From contig OZ059898.1 of NCBI GenBank assembly GCA_964057225.1, positions 12,710,001-12,774,000 of the forward strand: 64,000 bases of DNA. The letters run 5' to 3'. Made by a program: the position numbers and the translations under genes. The notes below the pieces were generated by a model that searched no databases, was not told the origin of the DNA, and worked only from the letters and a program-made list of their open reading frames with translations. Position 1 is the stretch's first letter. Each line of letters begins with the position of its first letter. Shown here piece after piece: positions 1-13,229 of the stretch. The DNA comes from Auanema rhodensis. Taxonomy: Eukaryota > Animalia > Nematoda.

Positions 1-224
1 TATATATATTATATATAATATAATATAGACAAGAGGATAGCATGAACAATGACGATTTTATTTATTAAAAATCAATCTGACAGCTAGATAATGATGTTTC
101 TGAATTATCGGAATCAAATTTACAACCATTTGAGTTGAACAAAAAACGACAAGAAATCATTAATCGATTAGACTAGAACTATTTTTTTTTGTTCCTGTTA
201 GAGATAAGACTCATTGAATCTCAG

Positions 225-228
<4 letters not shown>

Positions 229-261
<33 letters not shown>
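229..261. repeat. (TA)n microsatellite
   Basis: Perfect TA dinucleotide run seen directly. Confidence 0.9.
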
Positions 262-264
<3 letters not shown>

Positions 265-2073
265 TAATAAAGATGATACATTAAACATAAATAATTGAAT
301 AATATAAGAAAGCAAGCATATCAAATAACTTTGAATTAGAGAAAACAATACTAGGATGTCTGATAATAATCAGTAATATGCCATGACTTAGCTTTTAAAA
401 ATATAATTTTTAGGCTTATTAACCATACGACAATATAATAATATATCGTTAACTGATAGCAAACTATCATAGAACTAACTATGTGTGATGTCATGCTGAT
501 TAAAGTATGAAAACTAACATGCGTATAGATTTTTTGGCTTTTTTTTTGTTGGAAAAAGGTTCAAAGGCGGATATGATAGGCTAGGTCAGAAAGGAACAAG
601 ACTGTACAAAAAGGAAATGTTATAGTTTGAACTCTTTCTACCAATTAGCAACTTGGAAGAATAATATACAGAAAATTAAACAAAAGAAAAAAAATAATAA
701 CATGAGAAAAACAACCGTACATTGAACATCGTGCAAACAAAATGATTTGAAGAGCATATATGTTAAGCTATGACGACGTGAAAATATTACGTGAAAACGT
801 GATAATAGAATCTGAGATAGAAAAACGTGTAAAACGGATACGTTTTTTTCTTCTTTGAAAAAAGAACAAGAACCAGTTCAAAGTACGTTGCGTAACATGA
901 AAACCAAAACAAAAGAGTTGCAGAAGGAGTAGCAGTAGCATGATCATCACGCATGAAACACCTAGATGAAATAGACGCGACGAACACACACACATACACA
1001 CATGCACATACACACAAGGTCGTTAACAACGACCGGATGGACGACATGAGAGTGAGAGAAAGACGTATGGGTGATTGGGTGAACTTCAATGGTTCCAGAA
1101 ATGTAACTATCAATATTTTGAACACAAAAAAATAATTATATTATATGTATATAGTTAGTGAAATCAGATAAATGTCAATAAGATGTGCCATTAAGAACAT
1201 GAAAAACAAAAAAATAGAAGCATGCTGACGTAGCTCAAGAGCGGTAGATGTATTTGAGGTAAGTCATTAAGCTAAGAAGAAGCTGAAGCAGGTGAGGGGG
1301 GGAGGAGAATATGAGTTTTCAAAAAAATGTTAGCTAAATGAACTTCAGAGCGAAAACATCTGAACATAACTATCTATATCTATATATGTATGTGCTTTTC
1401 GCATAAAATACTATACTAAATACAATTTTGAAAAACACAATCTGTAATCCTTAGGTATACAGTGAGGGGAATAGTAGATCAGAGGTAAAATGAACAGACA
1501 TGGAAAGATAAAGAGATACAATACGAGAGAAACAAGAACATATAAGGATACGAAAAAGCATCTGTGTAAAGATTTTCAAAAATCACGAGAAACATAAGTC
1601 ATTGACAATGATATGTACGATCAGAATCGTGTTAAGAGTTGTAAGACTGATTAGAGCAAATAACGTTGAGTAAAAATGAAAAAGACAAAGAAATAGAGAG
1701 AGAAAAAGAGAGAAAAAGAGACAAAGAGAGTGCACGAGAGAGAGAGAAACAAAAAAAAAGAAAGAAAAAGATGGTATAGGAAAGCAAGAAAGAGAGAGAA
1801 AGAGATTGGCTACATAAGGGAGACAGTAACGTGGTGATGGTCCAATACGAGAACGGTAAAGTTTAAAGATCTTCTCGATTTTGCAGAAAAATAATTTCTG
1901 CAACAGGTATATCAGTGAGGAGACATAGATGGACATGTTATTGGATAATAAAATATATTCCAAAAGAGTATATGAATATAGTAAAGAATGTTCTTCTTCC
2001 CAATCATTCACATCATGAACTAAATAATTGAAAATGAATAAACGAGAAGACTGGCTATCAGCACATATAAGTT

Positions 2074-2132
<59 letters not shown>
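2074..2132. repeat. (GA)n microsatellite
   Basis: Near-perfect GA run of about 29 units. Confidence 0.9.
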
Positions 2133-2135
<3 letters not shown>

Positions 2136-4031
2136 ATTCAACCAAAAAAAGCCGAATGAAATTCAAATCCTTCCATATATGATATGTAGAATGATGTTGA
2201 AGAATGAACTGATGACTGTCATCAACATGATCATCAACATCAACAGAAGCATCACCTTCATCAATGTTGAAGCATCAACAGCAATTTCGATATGTTACTG
2301 ATCTAATATAGAATAAGCGGACAACAGCCGAATGAAGACAAAAAAGGTTAGCAAAACCTATGTATAAATGACCTTGTCTCATGGTAAAGAGTCAAACAAG
2401 GCAAGAAGATATTGATCTATTCAATGTGTTTTCATTTTCATTTGTTCAATTTTTCTAATATTGAGTCTTAATATCGATACAGTCGTTCCTAATTTTTCCT
2501 ACTTTCTTCCTTTTCTGATCAAAAAATCGAAATTTATTAAGAATATTTAGATGAAAATGAGGTAAAAATGTTGAAAATCAATAGAAAATCATCAGAGAAA
2601 TATGAGAAAAAAGTTTTTTATTGGACATAACAGTGATTTATTTGAAAAATGTCTGTTTAATCTTGAACAGGTGAATCAAATAGATGTCACATTATTGTCA
2701 TGCAATATTAGAAGATACTTACTATTTCAATGTGCAATGTATTAAGCCAGCAACATCAACAGCAGCAATAGGGGCAGCCCTGCTGAAAGCTATACCAGAT
2801 CAGTATCAGAATGAACTGCAATGATGATGATAAGGATGAAATTACTCAAATTTTCATGTAAAGAAGTATAAAGTATAACAAGGGCTAAAACTAGAATAAC
2901 AAAAGGTTTTCTTAAACTCTCAGCTGGCGGTCACTTGACGATGGCATTTCATTTTCTTTCTTTCCACTCCTCTCTTTCTCTTTCTGTCACCCTTTCACAG
3001 AATACCTATTTATGGGTTTGTCCTTTGACACTTGGTCTTTTCATTTTTTCATTGATGATGCCCTTCATCACTTAGTTGTTTGGAACAGTTTTTTCTGTTC
3101 ACTATATCATATAATATATAGTTTGCTCATACCTAATCGAGTAACTATATGTATTATTGAGCATATAGTTAAAGAAATGCTTAATTGGATCCAAATGAAA
3201 TAGGAAATATCATATAAATATAGAAACATCATTGAACTCAACCTTAATGTTTAAACCAAACTTTTTTGTTCAAATCAGCATCATTCTCATTCCATTCCTT
3301 CTTCTCAATTTGGTTTTAAAGATCAGTTAATTTGTTATGTTAAGTACTTGATGTTTGTTGTTGTTCGTTTTCAAAAAAAAAAAAAAATAAAAGAAAATTA
3401 CTATTTGATTCTCAAGATCTTTGATTCAAAATCATTGTTTAGCTTAAACTCTACAATCGTTCATAAACTTTTTTTTTGTCACAAAATGCTGTTCAACCTA
3501 ATTAGCTTCATCTTTTTTTTCCGTCGCTCAAGAGGACATCGTACTTGTGCGCCGTAACAGAAAAGCTTAAGTGTTTTTCCTCATCAAACATAAATTCTTT
3601 TGTTGTTTTAATTGAACTTTTGACTAACTTTCATAAAAAAATATATAATAGTGTACCTAAGCTTCATTAATTATATGAAATAATTAACAATACCATCTTC
3701 CTCTTTGACTTTCTCTTTATTTCCTTCTTTCTTTCTCTCTATCTACCTATATTTCTCTTTATCTATCTATCTTTGTCAACTTCTATTGTATTCATCTTAT
3801 TCTCGAAGCAATTTTCTTGTACTCATCCGATTTTCTCCATGTTTTTCCGATCATTAGGTTGCTTTCTCGTTATCGTTAACAGACGATGGAGCGCTCTTTC
3901 TCACTCTCGTGACGTAGAACACAGTTCAGATCAAATGGCTAGAAAATCAAAAATGTCTCAAGAGTATAATGATTGATGTAATGTTAACCGGTTAAAAGAT
4001 CTTCATTTTAACATCAAAAATGCATGAAAAA

Positions 4032-4046
4032 CTCTCTCTCTCTCTT

Positions 4047-4086
<40 letters not shown>
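4032..4086. repeat. (CT)n microsatellite
   Basis: Interrupted CT run. A second, shorter CT run lies at ~4343-4371. Confidence 0.85.
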
Positions 4087-4338
4087 ATCTTCCCTCGTAT
4101 CTCTCTATCCAAATATTTCTCATATTACCTCTTTCATTCTCTTTCGTTTTTGATTTTTGTTTCATACTTATATTATATATAATCATATAATATCTATAGA
4201 GCGAAGAAAAAATATATAAAAATAGCTGCAAAGATCATCTCTTAATTCTAATTATAAAAGTTTTGTTAGGAAAAAAATGTTAAAGAGATCAAAAAAGAAA
4301 AGAATGAAGTATATATGATGAATTGAGAATAGGTAATG

Positions 4339-4374
<36 letters not shown>

Positions 4375-7300
4375 ATACATCTAATCAATTCCTCTAAAAT
4401 ACTATTTTATTGAGAAAAAAGTGAACAAATTGAAACGATAAGGAAGACAAATTATGAAAAATGAATTACATGCTAGTAAGCAGTCAATTTAATTTTTAAA
4501 GATAAATATGATTTATTAAAAAAAAAAAAGAAAACAGTTTCACGTCACGTATATTTTGCATAATAAATATTCTAATAAGAAAGTTTTCTTTTAAAGTTTT
4601 GATTGAATCAAACCAAACATATCAGAGATACAACACTGACGCACAGCATCTGATATTTGAAGATTGCCTTCATAGATATTATATATGAAATGAATGAGCT
4701 GTAAGAAAATGAACTGAAAAACTTTGAAATGTTTAAAAGTTTTTTTAGTAATTTATTGGTTTTTCGAGATGATATAGATGAGATGATGATATACTGATAG
4801 TCTGACATTCAATTAGTATTTAGATATTTGGTAATACTATGAACGAAAAATTTAAAAAAAAAACACGAAGAAACGAAGAAAAATCTGTATGAAGCCGAAG
4901 AGTTTGAAATCAAAAGATGTGAGGAAAATGTAAAATAAGAGAGGACAAACAAGTTTTCTTTCGGAACGTACAGAAGGCATAATCGTCATGTAATGCTATT
5001 GATATTGAATCTTTTCACATCACATGCAAGTAAAGTTTTGAACATCATCCTCAAATCTGACCACTGTAGCAATGGAAATGAACGATTTATAGAAAAAAAA
5101 ACAAGTACAAGATATGTATTAGATGATAAATAAAATTACGAGCATTTCAATTGTTGAAATGAAATCTTAGAAATCAATATTTTGCCATGTTTGGCTAGTT
5201 TTGAAGATGATCAATGTGATTTAGGAGATCGAGAAAATGACCGATAAAGGGGCAGAGGAACACGTCGATGAAGATGAAGAGTTGATGAAGAAAATAAGAA
5301 AGAGAGAGAGATATATAGAGAGAGGGGGGGGGTGAAAAGAACGAGGGAGATGTGGGTGAATGGGAAACACATGAAGAAAGTAAGTTGCAAAAGGATGATA
5401 TCAATATGTCACGCGAGAAATTGAGAAAATCCCTCGGAAGCAAAGGGATGTGTGCTAAGCGGACCTATCAACACCACCTATTAAAGGAAACCAACATTCT
5501 CACACACACACACGTTTCAGAAACGATAAGAAAACCTGATGACTACTAGTTCTCCATGTTATACTTAAAGGAATTAATGATATTGGTCTTGAAAAGTACA
5601 GTTATACATCATTTTCTTTCTATATATAGCACATAAATATCAAAGTAAATGGTCAATGTTGAAATAAAAGTTCAAAAAGAAACGATGAGATTGAACTATA
5701 GTAGAAGATGAGGTGAGCCAGTTCCACACATATTGAGTTGAATTATGAAAGAAATGGAGATTTCAATTTGAACTAGTGGCTTTCAAATGAGTTTGTTTTG
5801 ATGATCAAATGTGTGCTAATTATGTATAAATCTTTATAAGGATGAACTCGATTTATACAGGTTTCATCATCATGTTCAATCCCTCTCATTCTAACCTTTT
5901 CCCTTACTCTCCGAACCTCTATTTAATCTTTACATTCTGTAAAATACATTCAAGCTTATATCTATGCTTTGAATAGAAAAAACATCATTTCATAAAGGTT
6001 AAGACAGTAAGATGAAGGATTCTGGAAAGATAAAAAGAAATATTTGATTAGGAAAGTTGTGTACAGAGTTGTACTGTGCTTCGGAAATCTGCTCCAACTA
6101 GCACAAAACTAACTAATGTACCGGAAAAAAGAAGTTTTATGTTTGTTTGTCAATCTGTTTTCCAGTTTCTTACCTTTGACTTCATTTCTTAGGAAATTGA
6201 GAAACAAAATTTCTTTTTTTTTATGAAACAAAAACAATAATTGGACAAAGAAAGTGACATAACAATCACGAATAATAATTAACATTCTTCTTCAGCTTTT
6301 GCAAGAAATAATTTGTGAAAGTAAAGTTGAATATAATTCTCAAATATTATTAATTTAGTCTTAATTCATGTAAAAGATAATGAAAAATATAAAATTTTTT
6401 CGAAAATTGCTTGTTTAAACTGAATTTGGATAAACAAATAATAGAATGTATTATACAGTAGAATCATTCTATTTGCTAATCAGTTTAACATGATCTATTT
6501 TCTAATTTTCTTGTAGAATTGAAGAAAAAAGTAAAAAAGTAATACAGAAAATTATATTTGTTAATGCGCTAATCTGATTAAATGAAAGAACTTTTAGTAA
6601 ACAAAGTTCAATAAAATCTCAAAAACTATCTATTTCAACTGGTCAGATTGATTGACGTCAGCAACATCATCATTACTCCATACCTCATTGGATGATAATA
6701 TTGTCCTGAATAGACAAACAGAACAATAAATCGAAAATCACAAAATAATATGTTTAACCTGAGATTATGGGTCCTTAAACGACAAATGACGGAATCAGTG
6801 TCATGATCATGATCGGAGGTTCACGAGGTTAAAACATGTAACAACAAAGCTTGAAGGTGAAAGTAGGAAAATGTACATTTTTTTATAAAATTGAAAAAGA
6901 AAAAAAAAAGATAAAATATTGAAAATTTAATTTTAATTTTCAAATATTTTAAATTCAAAACATATTATGATAAGCTGAATATGAAAAGAATTTTTAGATA
7001 ATAAATGAATGAAATGATATACATAAATGAAGAAAGAACGATATAAAATGTTAATGTGTTATCATATTTTTAAATCAAATAATTTAAAAATTTCATAAAG
7101 CATATAAATAAAATTAAAAGGTTAAAATGAGTAATCAAACAAGTAAAATAGAGATAGAACTATTAGTTGCTTATCGAATGAATATTGTTGATTTAAGTTG
7201 TTAAAGACAATATAACAAAGATCATATTACGATCAAAATGTTTGAAAAACTTATACGTACTATATGATAACTAAATGTGTTTTAATATTATGATTAACTA

Positions 7301-7744
7301 TAGAAAAATGACTGAAAATGGCGTCAAATCTCGATTATGTCATATAACTGGAAATGAGAATATTTTGACCGAAAAAAATTGACAAGTTAGATACATTTTT
7401 ATGAATAAAAACATGTCATTTCATAACAATTATATGTTAACTATGCTATAATTTGAGAAAAAAAAAGTTCAAATATTGTCATATCCTATATTCCATGGTA
7501 AATCATGAAATCATGTATTATTCTGTTTTCATGAATATGACATAGATTTCCAATATATGAAAAGATGAGAATAAGCGGATGAGATGAAATTGTACAAGCA
7601 AGATATACGTATTGGGTAAACTTTGACGGTAAATCTATCCGGTTGCCTATATGCAGTGCAGTGTTAATAGTTCGTCATTTACAATAATAGTTAGACTTTG
7701 TATAAATACTAGTACAGGCCAACAGATAAATTGGTAAAGAACAA

Positions 7745-7747
<3 letters not shown>

Positions 7748-7832
<85 letters not shown>
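7748..7832. repeat. (GA)n microsatellite, ~42 units
   Basis: Perfect GA run. It produces the spurious SLSLSL ORFs at 7647-7905. Confidence 0.95.
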
Positions 7833-7834
<2 letters not shown>

Positions 7835-10800
7835 TTTCCAAAGTTATAGTTGGGTGAAGGGTGGGGTAAGTGTAACCGTATATGAAACTTACATGTTAAG
7901 GACAATTTAACAAAAAAAAACCAGATGTAGATATCTTTCTCATTTTAATGTGCTCTTATTCGTATTATTTTCCTTAAAATTCAATATGAAAAATTGGAAA
8001 TGTAAATTGAACACAGCAAGAGAATTGATTATAAGAGTTTAATATCGAAAAATTAAACATTCAATGTGAGATTTTCTAATTATTTCTTTGTATTGTAAAA
8101 ATTTGAACTGACTTGCTGACTCAAATATACATGTCATGACTCCTTTTTGTTATATTTTCTTTTGAAAGCTTCTGTTTGAATGAATGACTTTTCGAGAAAA
8201 ATATGAAAACTTCTGTTGTTGACTGACTTTTCCTTATTTTTTTGTTCAAAATCTGAGTTTTAACAGGAAGAAATTTGAAAACATGTGTGGAATCAAAGAA
8301 ACTTTTCTAGCTCATGAACAACTGTTTACATGCTTGTTGCAAACCATTCAAAGTTGGAAGTTTATAAGTCATGAAATAAGCAAAATACAATTCAATATCG
8401 ATTATATTTCCAGACAGATATCGTTTTAATTCCACTAATTGGTCATAATTCTTTTTGAAATTGAGAGATATCATAGTTGAGATATGGATTTTGAATATAT
8501 ACATGAAATGATGTAGTTTAACCTTTAGACATTACTCTTTAAACAATGATAAATCATATATTAAATCAAAATCTCTGTTCAGCTTACTATGAATTAAAAG
8601 GAAAAGCCTATGCGTCTACTAAGATTTGAACCATTGTTGTTTTATTTGTAATTAAACTACTTAGCACTGCGCTGTCCATGCAACAATCATGATATTCTCG
8701 TTAATGGAGTAGTACACCCAAAAGCCTCAACTTTATTTCTTTAAGTTGCCATAACCTTCTTTATTCTGAACCAAAATTTAATTTTTCAACATAATTTTAA
8801 TCAGAAAAGCCTACACAACATGATGGTGGTATCAGTATCAAATCAGCTAGAAAACAAATATTGTTTTTCTGCCTATAAATTCAATAATTTTCGCAGAAAG
8901 TTACATTTCAACTGATTTTGAAATATTAAAAGTATGAAATTTGAAATAATTGTAGTATATTGTTACATTCATCGAATAATAATTGAAATAATACAGTTCA
9001 ACTGAAGTTTTGATCATTTTGTGAATAAAGTATATTGACTACGTTATTATTTGAAATAATTTGTTGTTTTAATATACGTTTAACCTATAATATACTATTA
9101 GAAAAAATAATTAAATTGTACAAAATACTTCTTGATTATTAAAAAAATAAATTATAGCATTGGAACTACTATTGAGAGCACCTAATATTCCAATAATCAT
9201 TAACCAATATGTTGATAAATTAAAAAATATAATTATATGTGGCCATATACGGCATAATGTCCATGTAAATGTATAACATATGGAAACCATGCAAAACTGT
9301 AGAGCATGCCTAATTGAATTTCATTATATGCTATGCGAAAAAAACAAAAAGTAAATTCAAAAAATAAACTATGTTGTTTAGTTGAAACATACATATATTC
9401 TTTTCGTTTTCGTTGACTTTTAACAGCTTGACTAAGTCCAGATGAAGTTTTCTTTACATATATAAATATCTTAATTATTATAATTATATATTAAATATAT
9501 ATTTATATTTTATATAATTTACTATTATATAACAAACTATACACGTAATTGAAGCTGTTGAATCAAGTGGTATATCAATATAGATATTTGTATAGTTAAT
9601 CATATTATCTCTCTCATTGTATGAATATGAGTACATAATTGGATCAATTGAGAATCTAATTAATTTACATTAAATGAACTTCCAACTTTAAGTTGAAACT
9701 TACCCACAACACGAAATTATAAATTGATCAAGGAGAGACATTATTAAAGCTATAATCACTTGTAAAATAACTATAATACGAACAACTTTAAAGGTAAAAA
9801 TATTATGAAAAGGAAAACACACAACGATTAATCTAAAATTTTATTCTTTCAAATAGAAAGTTTCATTCAAGTTTATCAAGTTTATACCTGTTAATTGCCA
9901 TAAATAGTTGACAAATTGACATATTATTCCAACATATCAAGTAGATAAATGATATCAATCTAACATTCCTACCATATCTTCCTCCTTCAAACAACCAACT
10001 CTAAAACGTTAACTATGTCATATAGTTAATATGAAATCTAATCTATTACATGTAATGAATAAGCCGGAATCGTGTACCCAAAATTGATAATCAGAATAAT
10101 TATATCAGCTATAAGATTTGAGAAAGCAATTGTATAAATAGGAGAAGATTTAGTTCTTAAATTTTTCTTTTTTTTTTAGAAAATAATTATATTTAAACTT
10201 ACTTAAAACATAATTTAGTAACTGAATATAATACTATTAATGATAATAATAAACCAAAACAATTAATAAATCCAAATATTGATAGTAAAACTGTTTTTAA
10301 CATCAACATTAAGCTGAATAAAACTATTTCAAAAGGAAGAAAATAATTTTAGCAATGTATATAGTTATAGGGTACATTTCTACAGATTGGAATTATACAA
10401 TTCATGTTACTATATCAAGTTACAGCTTTGAAAATTGTATTTAGTTATAAGAATAATGAAAAATTCTGATCATTGTAAATTTGAAAATATGAAATACACT
10501 ACGTGACCTACGTCAATGAGATTAGAATATCATTTTGAATTGACAACAACGGTTGAGCGGTTGTATACTGTTAGCTATACTAACTATATTCTTAATTATT
10601 TTTAATAATTTAGGTATCAAAGCATCAATCAACATGAATTAATTGGAAAATAGTAATATTGAGAACAAAAAATCAAGGACGACTTAACCTGATTAGTGGA
10701 GGATAAACACTCAAGTCTGTTTAGAAAATGTTTTAAAGTTATTAACGGTTGCTGCAGTGGGTAGAATATCTGAGTTTTTAAAATATCTTGATGATGTTAG

Positions 10801-11584
10801 AACTTCATTGACGAACTTGGAGAATGATAATCTAGTCCCTTGTCCCCTAAAATTTATTTTTCCTCTTCTCATCATATCATAATCAATTAATTAAGCAACA
10901 TTGAAAGATATTAAATAATAAAATAATTTGATATATTTCCTCTTTCCAGGTAGAACTTTGACATCATCACATCTTATTGTTGTAATATAACTATTTTTTT
11001 GATTATTTAATTTAATTTAATTAATATTTAACTATATAACCTCAAGTAAATATTGTTTGAAGTTAATTAATATTACTATTTAAACAATAATTTTCATTTT
11101 CAATCTTATATTACCTATACTAGTACTAGTATATAACTTCTTTTAATTGTTGTCTTAGATAGATATAAAAACAACTAATTTATTAAAATTTTATTCTGAT
11201 AACTTCACAAATTTTTATTTTATCATTAAAATTTTATTTATTAGCAATAGCAACTTATTCTTCTGTTATTCATGATTTCAAGAAAAACGCCACTTAAACA
11301 CTTTGCATGCTTAACGAAGAAGAAAGCGATTGCTGCTGTCTGAAGATGCTAACGATGACTGAGCGACAAATAAAAAATTAAAGAACGAGAGTATGAAAAA
11401 TGGATCACCCAATAGAGCGAAGATCATTGAAAGAATCATAGGCTAACAACTAACTTGTTGAAAAATCAAACACTTTTTAGATAAAAAACCAAAACATCGT
11501 TTCAATCAAATTAACAATGGTAACACGAAGTATTTCAAACTTAATTACATCTATGTAAATTCCAATAAAAACAACAAAAAGAAA

Positions 11585-11656
11585 TGCCTCATGCTGGAAT
11601 CGAACCAGCGACCTTCTGTTTACTAGACAGACGCTCTGCCCCTGAGCCAATGAGGC
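11585..11656 (-). tRNA. tRNA-Thr (anticodon AGT)
   Basis: Reverse complement is GCCTCATTGGCTCAGGGGCAGAGCGTCTGTCTAGTAAACAGAAGGTCGCTGGTTCGATTCCAGCATGAGGCA (72 nt). Acceptor stem GCCTCAT/ATGAGGC, D stem GCTC/GAGC, anticodon arm TCTGT-CTAGTAA-ACAGA, T arm GCTGG-TTCGATT-CCAGC. A T-run Pol III terminator follows immediately. Confidence 0.96.
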
Positions 11657-13229
11657 GATGTTTACTTCGAACTTCGTATGATATTAGAGGCTATGTTCGT
11701 ATTTCGAATTCATACTATGATGAAGATAGTAATATACTGATCTCTTCCCAATAAATTCTGATTATTAGACTTTTATATCAAAAAGTTTTGTATTTCAAAA
11801 GTATTTTTCATTAAGAAAACAAATCTTTCAATTATGAAAAGTTGTATTCAATTGTAATTACATAATCTATTGAAAAACAAATAAATTATTTGCTTAATAT
11901 TATTATAAAAATGAAAATAAGTTTATTTTAAGTGAATGTTGTTAAACTAAAGTTTCAAACACAAAATAAAGTATGAATACTGAACCCAATCATTCTTCTA
12001 ACATCTTAAACATGTAGAAGATTAAACAAAAAAAAATAATTTAAATAGAATGTTTTAAGAAGAATTAACAAATGAAAGTTCTGAAAATGTATAATTACAG
12101 CTTAAAAACGAAAATAAAGAAGAAAACATTTTGTTTGAATGAAAAAAAAGAAAATGTGTATTCTTAAACAACAAGATAACAATAGACCATTTTTCTGATT
12201 TAGTTTCATATAAACATGAAAAGGCGTTGATGTTAGAACATCGGAAATGTGTTTATAGCTTCATCGATAAATCAAAAATCCTTTTAAAAATATTATTTTT
12301 CATGTTGCAGTATAATCTGAATGTAGATTCAATAAACTATATTGAATTGTGTTCAGTGTCAACCGTATTTGACCGAAGCTCTTAGTATGCCTAAGCTTCT
12401 GAAATACAGCTTACACAAACTTTAATGATTTCATCTTTAAAATTTTGAAAATAATAATTTTATTTGGACCAGAACACAGGCTTAAAAATTCTTTTTGTAT
12501 TTTGTGAAAAAATCAAATTTTTTGCATTTTTTATGATTTTTTTAAAAAGAAATTTGAAATATTATTATCTCCGTCTGTGTATGTTTATGTTTGAGATTGG
12601 ATACTGTATATCCATATGTACATATGTATTTCCAATGTGCTAATTCTCATGAAACTCAAAGAAAATAAAAGAAAAAGAAAAAAAAATCTTATTTTCTGCT
12701 GCTAGTCTTTAGCATTATTAAGTACAAAAATCTCCTCGCTAAACAAAACTTAGCTAATAAAATTATTTCTACAGATAAATCTCTGACAAGTCATAACCCA
12801 TAGGGTATGAGACATTATATATATATAAGTAATTATAATAATAGATTAAATTAACATCAATATGATGTTAATTCAGATTTAAAACTTTAATACAGAAAAA
12901 CGCTGGTAATAGTTAAGGATGTCAAACGAGGTTTGAATGGATGTTCTGATGTTCAGAAATTAGTCCATAACAACTCATAAGACAACAAGAAAAATGCTTA
13001 TGTATATATGTATATATATATTTATATATATATAGATATATATAAATATATAAATAACTGTATGTATATATATATGGTAAGAGGTCGATCAGGAATTGTT
13101 AGCTAGAAGTTCATCTAGGATGAACATTGGCTTTGATCACAACAAGTAACAATGTAATTGCAACTTAAGAGAATTAGAGCCAAAAAAACGTTATGTTTGT
13201 ATAAGTGCTCCATATACAGAAGTTATATA

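Noticed and set aside
6630-6840. Apparent two-exon minus-strand fragment (…DSVICRLRTHNLR|TILSSNEVWSND…)
   Set aside because: Weak donor, an in-frame stop just upstream, no start and no recognisable homology.
768-9000. ORF-track entries in the first 9 kb (e.g. 1583-2011, 7647-7905)
   Set aside because: Translations of GA/CT/TA microsatellites and AT-rich low-complexity DNA, with no domain or coherent splice chain.
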